Assembly: GCA_020061105.1 (NCBI GenBank)
Contig: JAGUYW010000030.1
Location: forward strand, 20,549 to 84,548
Direction: 5' to 3'
Length of the DNA stretch: 64,000 bases
From: Anaerolineales bacterium
GTDB lineage: Bacteria > Chloroflexota > Anaerolineae > Anaerolineales > UBA4823
Shown piece by piece: positions 59,589 to 64,000 of this stretch. The translations under genes were made by a program, and so were the position numbers. The notes below the pieces were generated by a model. It saw only the letters and a program-made list of their open reading frames with translations. It did not search any database and was not told the origin of the DNA. Each line of letters begins with the position of its first letter. Position 1 is the first letter of the stretch.

Positions 59589-60065
59589 ATGAGTCGTTTA
59601 TCGCTGGGCGATACAGCCCCAAATTTTGCGCTACCCAACCATGAAGGCGCAGTGTTCAAATTATCGGATGTCTATCGTACTCAGAATGTGCTGCTGGTTT
59701 TTAACCTTGGTTTTGTCTGACCGCATTGCACCAATCATATGGCGCAGTTGCGCCAGGACTATGCAAAGTTTCAAGACTTGAACAGCGAAGTGCTGGTGAT
59801 CTTGCCGAATGGGCCTAAGATGATCGAGCGGTATGCTCGCCGCACTGCTACACCTTACCCGATCTTGAGCGACAAGGGCGCCCGGGTTGCAGAACAGTAT
59901 GGCATCAAAACCAGGCGCCTGGTGCAGGTCGCCGCGTTCACGCCCAGCGTGTTCCTGGTCGATCGAACGGGAACGATCCGTTACACCAACTATTCGACTT
60001 CGTATATCAAGGAGCCGGATAATGGCGAGCCGCTGGCGGTATTGGCGTCAGGCAAATCACAATAA
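59589..60065 (+). CDS. Peroxiredoxin-like (AhpC/TSA, PRX_like2-type) thiol-disulfide oxidoreductase with in-frame TGA at the redox site: candidate selenoprotein (U-P-H-C)
   Basis: ATG 59589 is in frame with ORF 59739..60065. The only interruption is TGA 59718-59720 (codon 44). Conceptual product: MSRLSLGDTAPNFALPNHEGAVFKLSDVYRTQNVLLVFNLGFV-U-PHCTNHMAQLRQDYAKFQDLNSEVLVI... The TGA sits where this family carries the first Cys of CxxC. A SECIS-like hairpin lies downstream. Confidence 0.6.
59736..59763 (+). promoter_or_regulatory. SECIS-like hairpin 15 nt downstream of TGA 59718
   Basis: Lower stem CATA/TATG, a 4-nt 3' bulge, upper 6-bp stem TGGCGC/GCGCCA, apical loop AGUU (contains GU). Confidence 0.45.
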
Positions 60066-60118
60066 TTACCCTGTGGGTTTTGAAATTGATCGATGGGGGG
60101 TCATGTTGACCCTGGTGA

Positions 60119-60491
60119 GTGCTGGAATGGTCAGCGGCAGCGTGCAATATCTGTACGATCTGATTGGTGGAGATGGCTTACCAGCGCGCGCCGTGGTTCC
60201 GGTTAGTGTGTGAGCCGCTCAAGGTGAAGCTTCAAGCGACTCAAGTGCGCGTTTTCTTGATCGGCGACGGGGTGCAATGCGCTGTCAAAGGCCAGTAGAC
60301 TCCACAGGAATATTACAATATCGAGCGGATGATTATGCCTGTCCTGCACGCCGGGGAAGTAGCAACTTGAGGAACATGCCAAAAAGCCCGAGGTCTCGGG
60401 CAAGACGTGCTGGATCGCTAAGCTCCAATTCGGGACGAAGGAACTGCTTACAGATTGGACCATGGAAGCCGACAAAGGATTGGTTTTTTGA
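60119..60491 (+). pseudogene. YchN/DsrE-family gene remnant with TGA at the C-x-x-C cysteine (ancestral selenoprotein?), plus TAG, another TGA and a +1 frameshift
   Basis: Frame A reads ...AYQRAPWFRLVCEPL...VRVFLIGDGVQCAVKGQ-TAG(60296)-TPQEYYNIERMI...GEVAT-TGA(60368)-GTCQKARGLGQDVL. After a 1-nt shift near 60410-60416 it reads IAKLQFGTKELLTDWTMEADKGLVF-stop(60489). This matches the family blocks GQK..GYYN, C-x-T-C..RG and W....ADKVL.F. A further TGA lies at 60161 in the N-terminal strand. Confidence 0.5.
60386..60401 (+). promoter_or_regulatory. SECIS-like hairpin 15 nt downstream of TGA 60368
   Basis: 6-bp stem GCCCGA/TCGGGC with apical loop GGUC. Confidence 0.4.
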
Positions 60492-60514
60492 GGCCTCGGG
60501 ATTGGAATTTAAAG

Positions 60515-60554
60515 CAGTTTTGGAAGTGACCTGCCACGTTCACTTCCAAAACTG
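60515..60554. repeat. Perfect 15-bp inverted repeat with 10-nt spacer
   Basis: CAGTTTTGGAAGTGA-(CCTGCCACGT)-TCACTTCCAAAACTG, read directly. No U-tract follows. Confidence 0.8.
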
Positions 60555-60744
60555 TTGAAGAGAATGCAAGGGGCGCGAATGCCACCCCCATCCATCATTT
60601 TACACTTTGAAATCATCTCAGGTAAGTGACACCTGTCCATAAAAAAATAGGGGCGATTGACCCTAACCAAAAATGGGGGCATTTACTATGATTAAGCTCG
60701 GAAGATTAAGCCAGGATGAGATATTGTTTCCGAGGAGAATGCAT

Positions 60745-61995
60745 ATGAAAAGTAAATGGTTGATCTTAGTTGTTCTGACGCTGGCGGCCTTGCTGATAGC
60801 AGGTTGCGCCGGCGCGCAAGGTCCTGCAGGACCCGCCGGCCCGGCAGGACCGGCAGGTCTGAAAGGCGACCCCGGCCCAGCAGGTCCGGCAGGCCCAAAG
60901 GGCGATCCTGGCCCGGCGGGTGAAGCCGCCTCCGCCTTCCGCACCTATGCAGGCGACGAAGCTTGCGCCGGGTGCCACACGGATCTTTACGACAAATACA
61001 AGATGTCAGGTCATCCCTGGAAATTAACCAAAGTTGAAGGTGGACAAGCCCCAAATTATCCGTTCACCAAGCTCACTGAGTTGCCACAAGGCTATACCTG
61101 GGACGATATTTTGTATGTAATTGGCGGTTACGCCTGGAAGGCCCGTTTTGTAAACAAGGAAGGCTATATCATCACAGATGAACCAGGTAAGACTGGCAAT
61201 GCAGATTACTTGAACCAGTGGAACTTTGCGAATACTATTGTTGGTAAGCAAGCTGGTTGGGTCAAGTACAATTCCGGTAAAGAGAAGCTGCCATATAATT
61301 GTGGCTCTTGCCACACCACTGCATATAGTCCACGGGGCAATCAGGATGATTTGCCCGGTTTGGTAGGCACCTGGAAACAAGAAGGGATTCGCTGTGAAGA
61401 ATGCCATGGCTTTGGCGGTTTGCACATTCAGGATCCACAAGGCGCCCCGATGGATGTTGTGCGCGATTCCGAGATGTGCGGTAAATGCCATCGCCGCGAC
61501 GATGTAGAAAATGTCAACGCCAAGGGCGGCTTCATTGAGCATCACGAACAGTATGAAGAACTATATCAAAGCAAGCATATCACAATCAACTGTGTAGTCT
61601 GCCATGACCCGCACACTGGCGTAGTTCAATTGCGCCAGATGGGTATGCAGACCACTCGCACTACTTGCGCGAATTGTCACTATAAACAGGCCCAGGTACA
61701 AAACAATGAAATCCATGCTGCAATGAGAGTAGATTGCGTGGAGTGTCATATGCCTAGGCTGGTCAAAACTGCCTGGGGTGATATCGATAAGTTTACTGGC
61801 GATATTCGCACCCACCTGATGGCCATTGACTCGCAGCAGCTTACCACTTTTGGCGAAGATGGCAGTCTGGTTAGCGGTCAAATCGGTTTGGATTGGGCTT
61901 GTCGGCACTGTCACGTGGAAGGCGGCAGCGCAACTGCAAAAACCGATGAAGAATTACTGAATGGAGCGTCTGATTATCACACACCCAATCCATAA
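60745..61995 (+). CDS. Octaheme c-type cytochrome lipoprotein with N-terminal collagen-like (G-X-Y)12 tether
   Basis: Start at ATG 60745 (GGAGA RBS) and lipobox LIAGC. Eight CxxCH motifs: CAGCH, CGSCH, CEECH, CGKCH, CVVCH, CANCH, CVECH, CRHCH. Confidence 0.85.
   Translation: MKSKWLILVVLTLAALLIAGCAGAQGPAGPAGPAGPAGLKGDPGPAGPAGPKGDPGPAGEAASAFRTYAGDEACAGCHTDLYDKYKMSGHPWKLTKVEGGQAPNYPFTKLTELPQGYTWDDILYVIGGYAWKARFVNKEGYIITDEPGKTGNADYLNQWNFANTIVGKQAGWVKYNSGKEKLPYNCGSCHTTAYSPRGNQDDLPGLVGTWKQEGIRCEECHGFGGLHIQDPQGAPMDVVRDSEMCGKCHRRDDVENVNAKGGFIEHHEQYEELYQSKHITINCVVCHDPHTGVVQLRQMGMQTTRTTCANCHYKQAQVQNNEIHAAMRVDCVECHMPRLVKTAWGDIDKFTGDIRTHLMAIDSQQLTTFGEDGSLVSGQIGLDWACRHCHVEGGSATAKTDEELLNGASDYHTPNP
60820..60927 (+). 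repeat. Collagen-like triplet repeat coding region
   Basis: Encodes [36 protein letters not shown]. The GC-rich repeat also creates spurious antisense ORFs (60663..61054). Confidence 0.85.
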
Positions 61996-62023
61996 CCATC
62001 TCTGGGCTTAATCTTTCACCTAC

Positions 62024-62060
62024 GAGTTCCCCTATTGGCCGGTGTAATCACGCCGGCCAA
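62024..62060. terminator. Bidirectional terminator between cytochrome gene and response regulator gene
   Basis: 9-bp stem ATTGGCCGG/CCGGCCAAT with a 10-nt loop, followed by TTTTATTT. Confidence 0.6.
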
Positions 62061-62065
62061 TGCTT

Positions 62066-62749
62066 TTATTTCGGAAGCTCAGGGCCATCTTGCTTATTCA
62101 ACCGATCCAATAGATTGTTTTGAATAGCATAAACAGCAAGCTCGATGCGGTTGTTTAAATTCAGCTTTTCAAGAATAGTGCTGATGTAGTTGCGAACGGT
62201 TTTTTCCTGTAAATTTAATGTCTGGCCAATTTCAAGGTTGGTTTTTCCATGCACGACTTCTGCAAGCACATCCAATTCGCGCTCTGATAGATTATAGAAA
62301 GCCTGGTCATATAGTTTTTGTTCCACGCGGCGCACATGCGCCAATAAATGAGCGGCCGCGGCGGGGTCGAGTAACGCCTCGCCATGCGCTGCCGCTTTGA
62401 TGGCGCGCAATAGTTCATGGTTACCTACCTGCTTAAGAACATAGCCAGTTGCTCCAGCCCGGATGGCTTGCACAACAAGGTTGTCATCCTGATAGGATGT
62501 CAGGATGATGATTTTACTTTGTGGGAATTTTTGGCTTATCTGGCGGGTAGCCTCAATCCCGCTGGTGCCGGGCAAGCGGATATCCATTAACACCACATCG
62601 GGACGCAACCTTTCCACGCCAGCCAGAGCCTCGGATGCGTTACCCGCCTCGCCTACCACTTGCATGTCTTCCTGATCATTGATTAACGTCATCAGACCAA
62701 GACGGACGATTTCATGATCATCCACCAGTAAAATACGAATTTTTTCCAT
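62066..62749 (-). CDS. NarL/LuxR-family response regulator
   Basis: REC motifs ILLVDDHEIVR...LMDIRLPGTSG. C-terminal LuxR HTH LSERELDVLAEVVHGKTNLEIGQTLNLQEKTVRNYIS. Confidence 0.9.
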   Translation of the reverse strand: MEKIRILLVDDHEIVRLGLMTLINDQEDMQVVGEAGNASEALAGVERLRPDVVLMDIRLPGTSGIEATRQISQKFPQSKIIILTSYQDDNLVVQAIRAGATGYVLKQVGNHELLRAIKAAAHGEALLDPAAAAHLLAHVRRVEQKLYDQAFYNLSERELDVLAEVVHGKTNLEIGQTLNLQEKTVRNYISTILEKLNLNNRIELAVYAIQNNLLDRLNKQDGPELPK

Positions 62750-63963
62750 CAGCTTTCTTCTTCCCAGGGAAAATAGAGGTGCAAGGTAACGCCCTTACCC
62801 GGCTGGTTGGAGATATTCAATTTTCCTCCTAGCAAGCGCGCTCGGTCGCTCATGTTACGCAGCCCATAACCTGGTTTGGCGTCTGCCAACATTCCTCTAC
62901 CATTATCACGGATCGAGATGAAGATGAGGTGATCAGTGGGGGCAAGAGATATATCAACCTGGCTGGCATGTGCATGGCGAAATACATTAACCAGCGCATC
63001 GCGCACGATTGCCAAGATGTGCGCCAATCTGGCGGCTGACAAGGTGCAGTCTTCAGGTAGTTCGGAAATCAGCCGGATTTGTACACCTCCCACTATTTGC
63101 ATTTCCTGGATAAACTGTTCCAGCGTTTTTGTCAGCGGCTGGTTTTCCAGCGCTACCGTCATTTCGCTCAGGTTGCGTCGCATATCTTGGACGGCGCCAT
63201 CCAAGGCGCTAATGGCGCTATTTAAACGATCAGCCACTGGGCTTCCGGGTGTTGCCAACCTGGCGGCCGATTCGACCAGTAGCCCGGCCGTGTAAACAGA
63301 TTGCAGCGCCCCATCATGCAATTCACGCGCCAGGCGTTCGCGCTCGATGGCCAGGATTTGTTTTTGCTCCATATCTTCTAACCGCCTGGCGTATTCTAAG
63401 TCGAACACCTCCAGTCCTCGGATCACGGAAACAGCCAGCATCAATCCCACAATCGAGCGGAAAATGCGCACCGGAATCTGGATCATATGAACAAATGCTT
63501 GCGTATTAAACCAATTTGCCGGAAAGAAAGGCGCGGGAGGAGGTACTAATCCACTGAGCAGAGCATACACAAAAAGCACATAGCTGACCATATGCAAACT
63601 GCGGGTAATATGCGGCGCATTGAGCTCAGCGATCTTTTTACGGGCGTAATAGCGCAAGGCAAAGCCTGATAACAATCCTGCTGGTAGGGAGATGAAATAA
63701 CGCGCCAAAGCATTCCCCGTGTTACGCCACGTCTCGCGATCCGGCAAGGTGAGTAAGAGAAAGCCAAAAACAACGATAATCCAGATTGTCAAAATGACAG
63801 CCGGGATCGCGTAAAACCAGCCTTGGTTTCGGTCTTTGGGGAGCAGAGATATGCCAAACTGGAAAAGAGCCGTAAACGAGGTTGCCAGAACCAATAGTTG
63901 TACACCTGTCCAGAAGAAGATCGACTCGACGCTGAGATTGGGGGATTGTAATGGAATCAACAA
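62749..63963 (-). CDS. Membrane sensor histidine kinase, HisKA_3 (NarX/LiaS/DesK-like) class
   Basis: ~6 N-terminal TM segments. H-box RELHDGALQSVY. HATPase motifs FRHAHA...IRDNGRGM...GYGLRNM. The stop overlaps the response regulator start by 1 nt. Confidence 0.85.
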   Translation of the reverse strand: MLIPLQSPNLSVESIFFWTGVQLLVLATSFTALFQFGISLLPKDRNQGWFYAIPAVILTIWIIVVFGFLLLTLPDRETWRNTGNALARYFISLPAGLLSGFALRYYARKKIAELNAPHITRSLHMVSYVLFVYALLSGLVPPPAPFFPANWFNTQAFVHMIQIPVRIFRSIVGLMLAVSVIRGLEVFDLEYARRLEDMEQKQILAIERERLARELHDGALQSVYTAGLLVESAARLATPGSPVADRLNSAISALDGAVQDMRRNLSEMTVALENQPLTKTLEQFIQEMQIVGGVQIRLISELPEDCTLSAARLAHILAIVRDALVNVFRHAHASQVDISLAPTDHLIFISIRDNGRGMLADAKPGYGLRNMSDRARLLGGKLNISNQPGKGVTLHLYFPWEEES

Positions 63964-64000
63964 TTCGCCCCATTCATAGAGACCATGAACCAGCCCGAAC

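Noticed and set aside
60296-60298. In-frame TAG in the DsrE-like remnant read as pyrrolysine.
   Set aside because: The codon aligns with an ordinary conserved Lys (a one-base AAG to TAG change). The gene also has a frameshift and another stop, and nothing suggests Pyl machinery. A nonsense mutation is far more parsimonious.
60203-60475. 90-aa minus-strand ORF in the region I assign to the DsrE-like remnant.
   Set aside because: It has no recognisable motif. The plus strand aligns block by block with the YchN/DsrE family, so the minus ORF is most likely fortuitous.
60663-61054. Minus-strand ORFs (93, 120 and 70 aa) rich in Gly/Pro/Ala/Arg.
   Set aside because: They are artefacts of reading the GC-rich collagen-like triplet repeat of the cytochrome gene on the opposite strand.
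1-64000. Scan for CRISPR arrays, IS elements or transposases, integrases, rRNA, tmRNA, RNase P and prophage genes.
   Set aside because: I saw no regularly spaced direct repeats, no transposase or integrase motifs, and no matches to the conserved cores of these RNAs.

Overview
64-kb chromosomal window of moderately high GC. All product calls rest on motif recognition by eye; no search was run. The protein style (lipobox signals followed by Pro/Thr-rich linkers, NBR1-like domains, DUF1786, many orphan two-component proteins) suggests a Chloroflexota/Anaerolineae-like bacterium, but this is inference only. I call about 57 protein genes and 4 tRNAs: Arg-GCG, plus a Phe-GAA/Gly-GCC/Cys-GCA operon with a consensus TTGACA-N17-TAAAAT promoter. 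I found no rRNA, CRISPR array, transposase or integrase.

The left ~53 kb is mostly housekeeping:
- a beta-propeller hybrid histidine kinase with an overlapping REC-PP2C phosphatase
- a liv-type ABC transporter operon ending in alr
- an ALDH7-like dehydrogenase, an S9 peptidase and YjbQ
- methylmalonyl-CoA epimerase and mutase
- a HigBA toxin-antitoxin pair with an operator palindrome
- htpG followed by a 900-aa membrane-anchored coiled-coil protein
- surE, an IMPase, hutI and an aspartase-like lyase
- cysK-cysE
- an MBL hydrolase, mutY and an M19 dipeptidase
- a pair of M16 peptidases and acpS
- a DsbA-cyclophilin fusion lipoprotein

Many ORF-track entries are over-extended at the N-terminus; I give corrected starts. 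Many long antisense ORFs are GC shadows.

The right ~11 kb (53.6-64 kb) looks accessory. It holds a 1163-aa SARP/BTAD-AAA-TPR (STAND) regulator, several unknown membrane or secreted proteins, and a redox cluster that the ORF track hides:
1. A peroxiredoxin-like gene is split by an in-frame TGA exactly at the first Cys of its CxxC (U-P-H-C). A SECIS-like hairpin starts 15 nt downstream.
2. Directly after it is a decayed YchN/DsrE-like gene. Its TGA replaces the first Cys of C-G-T-C and is followed, again 15 nt later, by a hairpin with a GGUC apical loop. It also carries a TAG, another TGA and a frameshift.
3. Next is an octaheme c-type cytochrome lipoprotein tethered by a (G-X-Y)12 collagen-like repeat.
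4. A HisKA_3/LuxR two-component pair follows.

Also worth a second look is a cytoplasmic BNR/Asp-box propeller translationally coupled (ATGA) to a MoaD/ThiS-like protein ending in GG, with no E1-like enzyme nearby.
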